Shown here: one piece after another, positions 13,013 to 24,058 of the stretch
Numbering within the stretch: position 1 is the stretch's first letter
How the letters are laid out: each line of letters starts with the position of its first letter
Source: Squalus acanthias
Lineage: Eukaryota
Reading direction: 5' to 3'
Assembly: GCA_030390025.1 (NCBI GenBank)
Contig: CM059432.1
Coordinates: 75,828,001-75,892,000 of the forward strand
Length of the DNA: 64,000 bases
Translations under genes and position numbers: made by a program
Notes under the pieces: model-generated
The model's input: only the letters and a program-made list of their open reading frames with translations
The model's database searches: none
Told to the model about the DNA's origin: nothing

Positions 13013-13779
13013 GGCCCTGAAATTCGCCTCTCCGGCTTGCCGCGGGGGTAAGGATCGCGCGCGCTCTTACCTACCGCGCCTGCCGTTGACCTCTGGGCCC
13101 ACGGGAACTTCAGCTCCTGGGCCTGCTCCAAGTGCCGGCGCGCAGTGCTTGCGTGTCCCAGGGGCGCAGTTAGTGCGATGCATCCCCTGGGATCACGTGG
13201 GCCATGGAAAGCCAATGGCAGCAGACCATCTTTCATTCATAAATTTGACAGGAAGACCTGTCAAATCTATGAATTGAAATCGGCCCCAAAAGAACAGCTA
13301 AACTTCAAATAAATTTTTGTAAAAAACCATCACATTTATAAAATAACTATAAGTTAAATAAATTAACTACTTTAAACAAAAATTTAAATTTTTGAAAAAA
13401 TTTAAATACTTTTTAACAGTGCTAAAAATAAACTTACCTTTCTTTAAAGTATCTAAAAAAGATAAACCTGTTGAAATTTTTTTTAAATTATAATTAATTA
13501 ACCACTTACCTTGTTGAAAACGGGTCCTGCGCCTCCTTTTTAAAAGCGCAGGTTCTTCAATACTTACCCTCCCGGAGAAACCTGAAAAAAAACCTAAGTT
13601 TGCTGCGTGCGCGCAGCCTCTACCGCGCACGCGGTTCACCTCTGAACCGCTCCCTTCACCAGACCAGAAGTTCCGGTTTCCCGCGCATGCGCAGTGCATG
13701 CAGGAAACCGGCACTTCAGGACGCCTTACAGGTGAGTACACAGTGCGTACTCACCCGGCAAGGGCCGAATTTTTGGCCC
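13013..13779. mobile_element. Harbinger-type MITE
   Basis: TIRs ggccctgaaattcg / cgaatttttggccc; internal motifs (gatcacgtgg, cgcatgcgca) shared with 1542-2239. Confidence 0.65.
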
Positions 13780-16279
13780 ATTATCCAGTATCTGTAAGAC
13801 AATTAGCCAGTTCCCATTGATGTGCCAAATTACTCAATTAGGCCACCTATCTCACTCACCTTTGCCTAGATCCAAAGTCAACCAGCGATTTCTTGCCATA
13901 TCTTTTTGGTTGCTGGCATAATGAACTTGTAGTTGCTCATGAACTATTGGGAGTTTCATGGGTTAGTAATTCAGTACAGCCTCGATTACAATTATGTGTT
14001 TCTCATTGGGAATTTCCTTGGGGATTCTTCCAATCGACTGTCTTAACTTTATTTCCGCCACATAAATGAAAGTTCTTTGGGAGCTCACCCAATCAGCCAC
14101 TGAAATATTGGGGGCCGATTGAGAGAAGCCCAAAGGAAATTCCCAGCAGATATGTTTACTGACAATTCCGGTTTTGATTTTAGGATCAATCTTGGTCTAT
14201 GCTAAATAGAACTAAAAAAATATTTGCACAGAAAATGTCTGGGTTTTATTTCTACAAAAGGTCTGCGCGGTCAGCTGTAAAAAGAACCTCAGTCGTTGTT
14301 TAAACATAACTGGTTCAATATGGTGCCAATAATAAAATAAAGGGGGTGATCTTCATCTTTAGATGTAAAACAATTCTAATTTGATTTGCACTGCTTTAAT
14401 CCCCCTTGAATTCCAAGTGCTAATAGCACTCAATCTTCTGCTGTATCCTCAATTGCAAAATTATTCACAACTTCAAGTGCAAATTTAGTAGTCGAGCAAT
14501 GACCCCACTGGTAGGAGAGAAAAATTGTGTGCCAGTCGAATTTATAGGGGAGTATCCCAAGGAGGGGGGAGGGGAATTTAGAAAGCTACTGGAGAGCTTT
14601 AAAAAGCATTTTAGCCCATCAGCAACCTTTGCCAAGGCTGAAGGGGCATATGATTAAGGAGTGGTAAGCCAGCATGAAGGGAAAGGTGCAGACATGAGTG
14701 TGCAGAAAAGTGATGGTGCAGCCCAGCACTTGGCCTCCTCTTTGATGGCTGCTTAAGTCGAGGTGGTATTGTATGCGATGCTTATGAGAAGGTTTTTCTT
14801 CTGTGCTACCCTACAGCATCATTCCATAGGTCAGCACTGTGACATGCCTACAAGAAGGTGCAGACTAGTTTCAGGCCAAAGCTGACTGTTACTCTATGTT
14901 GCAAGCTAGCTACTGGTGTCCTTGCAGCAGATGGTAATAGTTGGTATCTGCCCCTCTACTGATCCAGACCCTGAGGAGGCAAGTTACCACAGTTATTCCC
15001 AGGTAGGTTTTCCAGGTGATTGGTAGCACCTTGGGAGGTGTGGCCAAGCAGGCAGTGCTGGCATGCCTTCTTTGGTGCAACACCATATAAAGCAGGTCAT
15101 GTTGTGATTGGAATGCTTATGAAAAAACTTCCAGCATAAGGATTAACAGACATTCATATCTCATTGTGGTGCTACTGGGGTCTGCTGTTGCAGTCATCAT
15201 TGAGGAGAGGAGCCTCCATCAACAACATCGGTCAAAATGAGATGTTGGAGGGTGGGTGTTGGCAGGAGGGTCCAGAGCACCTCATTGGAAGCCCAATCTG
15301 CCATGCATCCTCCCCAATCCTCTTTCCCTCTAGACACATCAGCTCGAAGAATTGCTAGTGGCACACACTCTGATGACATTAAAGAGAGATTGGGGAAAAT
15401 TAAATAAATAAGAGTAACTAACTGGCACAAAGGCGCATGACCTATGAAAGGCCTAATGTGCTTACCTTGAAAGTGCGTGGACTTTTTAAACAGGTCCAGC
15501 CAAAGCCTTGTTTCTGCCAGGTTTCACTAGACGTGTTGGAGACTCGATGTCCTGCATGCTCATGGGCCAGAAGATGGTGTGGTGCCCTTCCCCGCGCCCT
15601 TGAGCATAATAATGAAGCTTCTGCTTGCTTCAGGCAGGATCTTCAGACACCCACCCCAGGCCCAACAAGAAGATAGAGAAAGACCTTAAACCAGCAGGAA
15701 TCCAGCAGAACTGATTTCTCCCATATTTCCCGACCAGGACCCCAAATCGGGGCACTAGGAAGATGAAAATCGGCTCCAGAAGTCTTTGCAAGGACCTATC
15801 TAATGGCATAGTTCTGCACGACAAGTAGCTGTTGACTGTTGTGTGATTTCTAGGCACCTGAATTGTGTTTTTTTGGAATAGTTTGGTTGCTCTTTTACTC
15901 ATGTCTGTGTCAGCAAATATTGCTTTGTATTTCATTAAAACCATTCCCGAAGACTAGGTGGCATATTTTACTAAAACATGATAGCTTCATCTCACGAACG
16001 TGGCTTCTAATTCCTTACAAATATATTAGATGAAGATTTCAAAGTGGTCTAAGAGAAGTATAGTTTAGAGTGGCATGACTGGCATTAAACTATCGTAAAT
16101 TGACAACTAAAACTAAAAAGGGGTAAAATGTAAAAAAGCCATCTTTCAAGCACCAACACATTCTTAAATAAGAATGGAGGGACTAGTTAGTTCTAATCCA
16201 AGGATTGTAGGATAAATACATTGAAAACTACTTCAAACAGTATATAACCTTGAATTCTCTTTGTCTCTTCTCCTCACAG

Positions 16280-16340
16280 CTCATTGGTTTTGTCTATGCC
16301 TGCTATGTGATCAGCGTTTTCACTGAGGAAGAGGACAGCT
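16280..16340 (+). CDS. NKAIN3: NKAIN family (Na+/K+-ATPase interacting protein), internal coding exon
   Basis: tctcctcacag|...|gtaagt; 61 bp encoding LIGFVYACYVISVFTEEEDS, the conserved NKAIN TM + EEEDS motif. Paralog call rests on adjacency to GGH. Confidence 0.85.
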
Positions 16341-18094
16341 GTAAGTACTGAAACACACCCGTCTCTGGATCACTCCAGGGTGAGACATGACCTTTGCAAT
16401 AATGACTAATTTATCATAGATTCACACTACATCTCCGCAGGGATGCATCAAAGTAATGAGCATTTTCTTTAGACAGTACCTCTTGTTTGGCTTTGCCAAG
16501 CTGATGCCACAACTGGTAATATTATGTAAGATGTGTCCGATTTTATTTATTCAAATTGAAGTAGAGATAAAAAGAAGTCATAGTTACCAGCCATCTTGCT
16601 TTCCCATAGATTCATGTACTGTGAGAAACATTAGTCTCAAAAGCTGAGGAAAACAAAGGTTTATTGTTCATGATCCCCAATTCAATCCCCGTTGTGTGCG
16701 AGTTATCCGATCTTAGCTGGGCAGTGCTAGGAGTGTTGCAATTGACTACAATGAGCTAGGCATGGTTCATATTCTTGATTGCTAGTTATTCCCGCTGGAA
16801 GGTGACCTGTTTGGATAACAAATGAAGACATGATTGTACTTTAGATTCAAAATACAGCCAAACAAACGTGCATACATTTCCATTTGCGGAAAAAAATCAT
16901 GGGATGGAACTTTCAACATTGGTGGGCCCTAAACGGGCGGTAGTGGATTGGCTGCTCTTTATACACCCTCCCGATGATCATTTCCATTAACTTCAATGGA
17001 AAAGTATAACCGGCAGCCAATCCTCTACTGCCTGTTTTACTTCCCCGGACATTTCTGTGCAAACAAACCCCCCCCCCCACCCCCCCATGCTGCTCAATAG
17101 TTTCCCTTGCCATTAGTGGGGGGTCAGAAATGTGCTGGTGACCAGAAAGTCCGTCACTCGAGCAGATGAAAGTCCAGCTCAGTAGCTCCCCAAGGCAGAA
17201 AAATAATTCCTAAAATATGCAGGCAGACTAGAGAAATAGGTAAAGGTTTTCCAGGCAGTAAGCACCTTAAATGAACCACTTCCACGGAACGGGACAGCTC
17301 ACGAGAAGGCTAATGTCTCATCTATTTTCGTGTAAGCTACACCAATAGAAATGCGGGCATAAATGATGAAAATTGTGATGCCTTACACCATGCACGCCAT
17401 TTGTACGTAAGTGCCAGTGAACGGATCAGAATTTGGGAGATGGTCCCTCCTACCCGGACTGAAAATTTAACAGGGAAGAAAAATGAGCGTAACTGGTGGA
17501 AATGGCTCCTACCCAAAATTCTAACCTTGAAAATGTTGTTGCACTGGTATTATGCTTCTATCTCGCCAAATCCATTGCGGATTTCTGGCCCCATAATATC
17601 TATAGTGGTGTGAGTCTGTGTGTGTGTTTTACCATCCTGCTTCCCCTCGGTGTAAGTGTGTGATCTGTGCACTCAAACCCAATCTTGTGCTTCTGTCAAG
17701 GTTGTACCCGAGTGGCAAGAGTGCGTGAGCTGCTGTTTTCCAAAAGGAGCTTTTTGGGGCTGAGGTGGCCCTCATCTCACAACAGTTACGTTCTGCTGCA
17801 GGTTGCATCTTTGGTCTGGGCTGGGTGGGTGGGCTGGCTCGCTCTGTGCCCTTTCTTTAGGCATTGGAAGGAACTGGCAAGACAGCTTACATGTACTTCT
17901 CTCCTGAGACAGCATCATTATCCACGCACACTTCTGTCATGCCACTAGTACCAGGCACTGGCTCTGCACAGCCGCTGATCTATGAACAAAACAGGCCTAA
18001 GGGTACCAATAAGATCAGTGACTCCCTGCCTCATGGTTATCTAAAATGAGAAGTCGCACAACACCAGGTTATAGTCCAACAGATTTATTTAATT

Positions 18095-18132
18095 TTACAA
18101 GCTTTCGGAGCTGTCGCTCCTTCCTCAGGTAA
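18095..18132 (-). ncRNA. Minimal type I hammerhead ribozyme motif (mirror copy in the left palindrome arm)
   Basis: Exact reverse complement of 18671-18708. Confidence 0.7.
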
Positions 18133-18670
18133 GTTAGCAGTGAGAGAATCTCCCAGAATTCACAATTTAAACACAGACAAAATCTATTCAAATATTTCCC
18201 TACATCAAAGACACACTAAGAGCACAGCCAAGACAATGAGATGTGTCCCAGGGGGTCCAACGTGTCAAACCACCTGCTGGCTGCATATCCTGTCAATTTG
18301 TGTTGGTTCTTGTGTTAGTCTTTTTTTAAAAAAACCACCTGGGAAGACCAGCCATGATGTCAAGTCACGTTCTGTATCGTGACATGAACCCGATATCGCG
18401 ATCGCGATATCGGGTTCATGTCACGATACAGAACGTGACTTGACATCATGGCCGGTCTTCCCAGGTGGTTTTTTAAAAAAAAGACTAACACAAGAACCAA
18501 CACAAATTGACAGGATATGCAGCCAGCAGGTGGTTTGACACGTTGGACCCCCTGGGACACATCTCATTGTCTTGGCTGTGCTCTTAGTGTGTCTTTGATG
18601 TAGGGAAATATTTGAATAGATTTTGTCTGTGTTTAAATTGTGAATTCTGGGAGATTCTCTCACTGCTAAC

Positions 18671-18708
18671 TTACCTGAGGAAGGAGCGACAGCTCCGAAA
18701 GCTTGTAA
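18671..18708 (+). ncRNA. Minimal type I hammerhead ribozyme motif
   Basis: uuac-CUGAGGA-a-ggagc-gaca-gcucc-GAAA-gc-UU-guaa: core boxes, 5-bp stem II, palindromic AGCU helix III, 4-bp stem I (uuac/guaa). Confidence 0.75.
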
Positions 18709-21681
18709 AATTAAATAAATCTGTTGGACTATAACCTGGTGTTGTGCGACTTCTCATTTTTGTCCACCCCAGTCCAACGCCGGCATCTCCACATCATGGT
18801 TATCTGTAATTGATCACAAAGCATGTCAAAGCCAGAAGAGTTAGCCCTCTCCAATGTGACACCCCAGGTCTCTATGGTCGCAGTCTGAGCATCTATGAAG
18901 ATCACAGACTGCTGTTAGCACCTTGCTACAGATGTCCCTAGACCTGCCACACATTCCATAAAGGCTTGCGGTGTTGTTAAACCATCCCTGATATGACCAC
19001 CGATGTCAGTACCAAGGCTCGATCCTCTGCCAGAATCATTTTTTTTTAAATGCTAGGTCAGTGAGCTGCAGATTCCCAGGCTCTTCAGCTGAATGGCAAC
19101 ACCTCCTAACTCTGTGGCCGGCAATGGCTTCCTCCTCATTTGCCACTACCAGCTGCTCTCCTCTAACTCTCCTGGAGTGGATGTCTCTCAGCTGGTGCCT
19201 TGCAGAGATAGGGTGAGTGACAGAGTGTGCTGTGAAGTGTTGACAATAGCAGATGCTGAGGACTTGTGTTGTCTTCTGGCAGCACATCTAAAGAAGGAAA
19301 TGAGGAAGAGAAGTTAGTGCGATTAATTGAGCAGCAGAGATCACATGTCACTTTCAGTCGGAGTAATATGAGGGTTTCATGATATTTTCACACAAAGTCA
19401 ATGTTATTTATTTGACCTTTCCCATGTCTCAGCAAACACTAACAAAACACTGTTTATTCTTGCCATTTCAGCCATCTGCTTTATTTTCTTAATTTTCATT
19501 TGTTCAACAAGATGAGTGATGCAAAGAAAACCTCCTTCCTACTCTACATCAATGATGTGCCCTCATCCCAACCTCAGAAGATTGTCCCTTAGTGTAACAG
19601 TGTGATTTTTCCCAATCCCATACCAGAGATCCATTTAAATGAAGTGGAGTATGGTCTTCATTAAGTTTATGGATAAGAGAAATGTCATATGAACATGTTA
19701 AGTGTTCATCTGCTAATATTGCTGGTAGTGATTTCTAGCCTACTGAGATTTATTTTAATGGCTAATACAGGGGAATACCATTACATCTAATGTGTCATGG
19801 TAAATCAAAAATCAATATAGTTCTTGATCCAGATGAAAATCAAAATCAACAGCTATGAAAGTTTAAAATGTACGTATAAACAGAAGATACTCGGAGAACA
19901 ACAATTACAATCATAACTCCTATTTATACCAGGGGGATATAATGAGATTCCTTGGGGTGAATGTTTACTTTTATTGATAGTGAATTTACATCCTGCCCGA
20001 TTTTCTTTTTCATTGACTTCAAGCACAATGTAAAATTATGCTGTAGCTTTACTGAATATTATGTGGAATTCTAGTCTTCAATCAAACAACAGAATCAAGT
20101 GAAACCTCCATGTAATGCTACATTTCCATTGCAACAACTTGGAGTTCAGAATTACCAGTCAATTTTTGTTAATGGGATTGCACACTTTAGGGGATCAATT
20201 TCTTCCCCGTACATTCTACAGCACTTGCTTAATGGCAAGAATTGGACAGCGGAATAGTATTTTTTTTTTAGGTATATTCATTGAAGAGGCCTCCTTAGAT
20301 TATGGTAGATTCTGATCCATAACATGATGTCAAAAATTTTATGTGCAGAATAGTTTTGCAAACGATCGAATTCTTGTTCAAACTGATACTCAAAATAAAT
20401 ATTTTATTACATGGAAACTCGTGCTACAGTTTTATATCAAGTAGCAAATACGGGAAATTCACTTAGTGTGTACATTGAGGTACATTTGCTGGTTCAGTTT
20501 GTAATACAATATGTGGCTCTTTAGGTTTCTCTGATGGATCATTACATTAAACCAACAATGTACATAACCAGAAGGAATTGACAGTTGGTGTAGAAATATC
20601 ACAGAGTCCACAAGGGGAAATTGACAGACAAATTCTCAGAGCTAAATCAGATCCTCCACTGAGACTGCACCTCAGGGTTTCATTTCACTCCTTTCCTGTC
20701 TTGATATATACCACCGTAGTGTTCCTGGATGTTAGTTGAAGGTTAACTGCATCTCAGAATTCTTAAAAGTAAATCAGATTTATTTTATCTTTAAGTACTG
20801 TATTTCAAGCTATGACATAAAAATAAATGTAATCAGATGATTTGTATTCCAATGTGTGAACTTAAAAAAAAAGTCAAACTGCTTTCTCTTAAAAAGCAGG
20901 GCTCACATACAGCCATTGCATCTTTTACTTTGTACATTAGTATCACACTCAAACTAGAATTTACACCCGCTAACATCCAACCCAATACAGTTATTATTAA
21001 ATTAAGCGGTCAATGGATTTGAATAGATATTTTCTTAACCTACTTTTTAAAGTTATTTTCTCCTCCTCGGCCTCTCTCCACTACGTTCCATTTCCCAACA
21101 GGAAAGGCAGAAATAACTTGCTCCAAGGCTTCTACTGACAATCTTGCTGGTCATCTGACTACAAAAAAATTGCCTGTAATTAATTCTTTTGTAGTGCTTT
21201 CCAACTTTCGGGTGTTTTTGTTAAATGTGAGAAGGGGCAATAAATGCATTAGTCACCTTTAGAGAGCAGACTTTGCTCAGGCTCAGAGGCAAGTGGTGGA
21301 AAATGTGTGGAAACCACAGCAAAACGTCCCATGGGTAGCTAACCAGCAAGTTCTGGATGGTTAATGACCTTGTCTCTGTTGTTGAGTAAGTGCCTGCTGC
21401 TTTGTGCTTCTTTGTTTAAAAGGGAGACAATGAATGTAAGTGACATCAATCTAAATAGTAATGTCTTGTCAAACGACTCCAAAGAAACAACTAATTCAAA
21501 GTCTCCAGCTACACTTGTACACAGCAAACTTTACAAGCGATTGGGTTGTAATTGATAGCTCAACAAGTTGAAGGCACACAACTGGTTCTTGGGAATAATG
21601 AATATTAATTATCACATAATTGGTTGTATATTGTAGCTGTAACTCTTTGTTGCTCACTCTTGATGTTATCACCCCTAAATG

Positions 21682-22389
21682 CTGAAATCGGTGTTGCCAA
21701 AAACAGGATTTAATGCAGTATAGAACTATACCATCTCCTTTTACATAGAGGGGCGGTTGTTAGATAACATTTAGAAAATATTTAATGAAATAATTAAATC
21801 TTACAAGTATGTGTTCTGGGGTGTCTCACACAATTGAATACCATGAAGTTACTCACAGGCCAGGCTCATGTAGGGAGAATAGCTACAAAGGGTTAATACC
21901 ACAGCACTGCTGGCACCTGTAGATCTGTACTCCAGCGTGAGTCACCACCTTCAGAAAGGAGGGGAGGAAATTTGAGAATAAATAAAGAATACAAAAAATA
22001 CTTTTAACAGCCTTATTAAAATGTCACAAAGTGCTTCAGAGAGGCAAAAATACATTGAAACTGAGCAATGGTAGGATAAAGGTGATGACTGAAGTCATAA
22101 TTGACTTCCAGTCAACATTCCAGATTGTGGGTCGAGACGGATGAAGGCTGTGTGACTGAAGGACGAGCCAGTGGTGGGGGAAAAGCGTATGAAGAGTGGG
22201 GGCTACATGCAGAAACAGAGCTGAAGGAGTTAGCAGAGGCAAGGAAGGAAGAGGCTGTGGAAGGACTTAAATACAAGGACAAAAATACTGAAATCGGTGT
22301 TGCCAAAAACAGGATTTAATGCAGTATAGAACTATACCATCTCCTTTTACATAGAGGGGCGGTTGTTAGATAACATTTAGAAAATATTT
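21682..22389 (+). repeat. 102-bp identical direct repeat (21682-21783 and 22288-22389)
   Basis: ctgaaatcggtgttgcc...ttagaaaatattt occurs twice, 606 bp apart, identical by eye. Confidence 0.9.
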
Positions 22390-22426
22390 GTATTACATCT
22401 CAAAAGCATCACCAACCTAGATTGAG

Positions 22427-24058
22427 CATTCTCCCAGTTTCTCCATCTCCGCTGCATCTGCTCTGATGATGCCACCTTCCATTCCAGTGCTTCCGACATG
22501 TCTTCCTTTTTCCTCAACCGAGGATTCCCCTCTACCGTGGTCGACACGGCCCTCGACCGTGTCCGTTCTATCTCCCACACTTCTGCCCTCACCTCTGCCC
22601 CTCCCTCCCGGAACCACGATAGAGTTCCCCTTGTCCTCACCTTTCACCCCACCAGCCTCCACATTCAACGGATCATCCTCAGCCATTTCCGCCACCTCCA
22701 GCGTGATCCCACCACCAAACGCATCTTCCCCTCACCTCCCCTTTCAGCATTCCGCAGGGACCGCTCCCTCCGCGACACCCTAGTCCACTCATCAATCACC
22801 CCTAACAGCCCTTCCCCTTCGCCCGGCACCTTCCCGTGCAAGCGCAGGAGATGCAACACATGCCCTTATACCTCCCCTCTTCCCACTGTCCAGGGCCCCA
22901 AACACCCCTTCCAGGTGAAACAGCGATTTACTTATACTTCCTGCAATTTAGTATACTGTATTCGCTGCTCACGATGTGGTCTCCTCTACATTGGGGAGAC
23001 CAAACGCAGATTGGGTGACCACTTTGCGGAACACCTCCGTTCAGTCCGTAAGGGGGACCCTGAGCTCCCGGTCGCCTGTCACTTTAATTCACCGCTTCAC
23101 TCCCACTCTGACCTCACCGTCCTCGGCCTATTACACTGTTCCACGGAAGCGCAGCGTAAGAAACATAGAAACATAGAATCTAGGAGCAGGAGTAGGCCAT
23201 TCGGCCCGTCGAGCCTGCTCCGCCATTCAATACGATCATGGCTGATCATCCAAATCCCTGTCCCTGCTTTTAATCCCCACAGTACACATATCCCACCCTA
23301 CCCCCGTAACCCCACGTATTTAATTCCCCCTAACATATCCCATCCTATCCCCATAACCCCACATATTTAATCCCCCCTAACACTAAGGGTCAATTTATCA
23401 TAGCCAAATCAACCTAACCCACACATTTTTGGACTGTGGGAGGAAACCGGAGCACCCGGAGGAAACCCACGCAGACACGGGGAGAATGTGCAAACTCCAC
23501 ACAGACAGTCACCCGAGGTCAGATTCGAACCCGGGTCTCTGGCGCTGTGAGGCACCAGTGCTAACCACTATGCCACCGTGTTGCCCATCGTAAGCTCGAG
23601 GAACAGCACCTCATCTTTCGTTTAGGCACGCTACAGCCCTCTGGACTCAATATCGAGTTCAACAATTTTAGATCATAACCTTAGCCCCATCACATTTATA
23701 TTTTATTTTCTCATTTTTTTTTCCTCCTAGAAGCTGGCAGCTGTCCTTCATTCTGCCAGTGCATTTCACACTTCTTTCAGCCTTAACCTGTCACATTAAC
23801 ACCACCTCTTGCCTTGATATCTCTTAATGTCTCTCAATGTCTCTTAATCTCTCCTTTTGTTCTTTTATCCCCTCCCCCTTTTCCCAGCTTTATCCTTGCT
23901 TTAAATCTATTTGATTTCCTGCTGTCTCCAGTTCTGATGAAAGGTCTTCGACCTGAAACTCTGTTTCTCTCTCCACGGATGCTGCCTCGCCTGCTGAGTT
24001 TTTCCAGCGTTTTCTGTTGTTATTTCGGATTTCCAGCATCTGCAGTATTTTGCTATCA
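22427..24058 (+). mobile_element. 5'-truncated Penelope-like element (GIY-YIG endonuclease region + 3' end), interrupted by a SINE
   Basis: NLVYCIRCSRCGLLYIGETKRRL..FAEH (GIY-YIG) and C..RCNTC; reading resumes after the SINE as LEEQHLIFRLGTLQPSGLNIEF; TSD tagattgag (22418-22426, 24059-24067). Confidence 0.9.
23161..23588 (-). mobile_element. HE1-like V-SINE (tRNA head, V-domain, CR1 tail)
   Basis: Reverse complement of 60871-61297; TSD cgtaag (23155-23160, 23589-23594). Confidence 0.9.

Larger units (their letters stand above)
18043..18793 (+). mobile_element. Penelope-like retroelement 3' end with a spacer-less inverted duplication (718-bp palindrome + 33-nt tail)
   Basis: Arms 18043-18401 / 18402-18760 differ at two positions; unpaired tail 18761-18793; TSD tcatggttatct (18031-18042, 18794-18805); right arm starts with RDIGFMSRYRT*, resembling a PLE ORF end. 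Confidence 0.85.

Noticed and set aside
14600..15440. Possible old LINE remnant
   Set aside because: Too degenerate to assign a family or boundaries by eye
18140..18663. Pair of near-identical 80-aa ORFs on opposite strands
   Set aside because: Mirror images created by the palindrome; antisense to a PLE 3'UTR, with non-ATG starts
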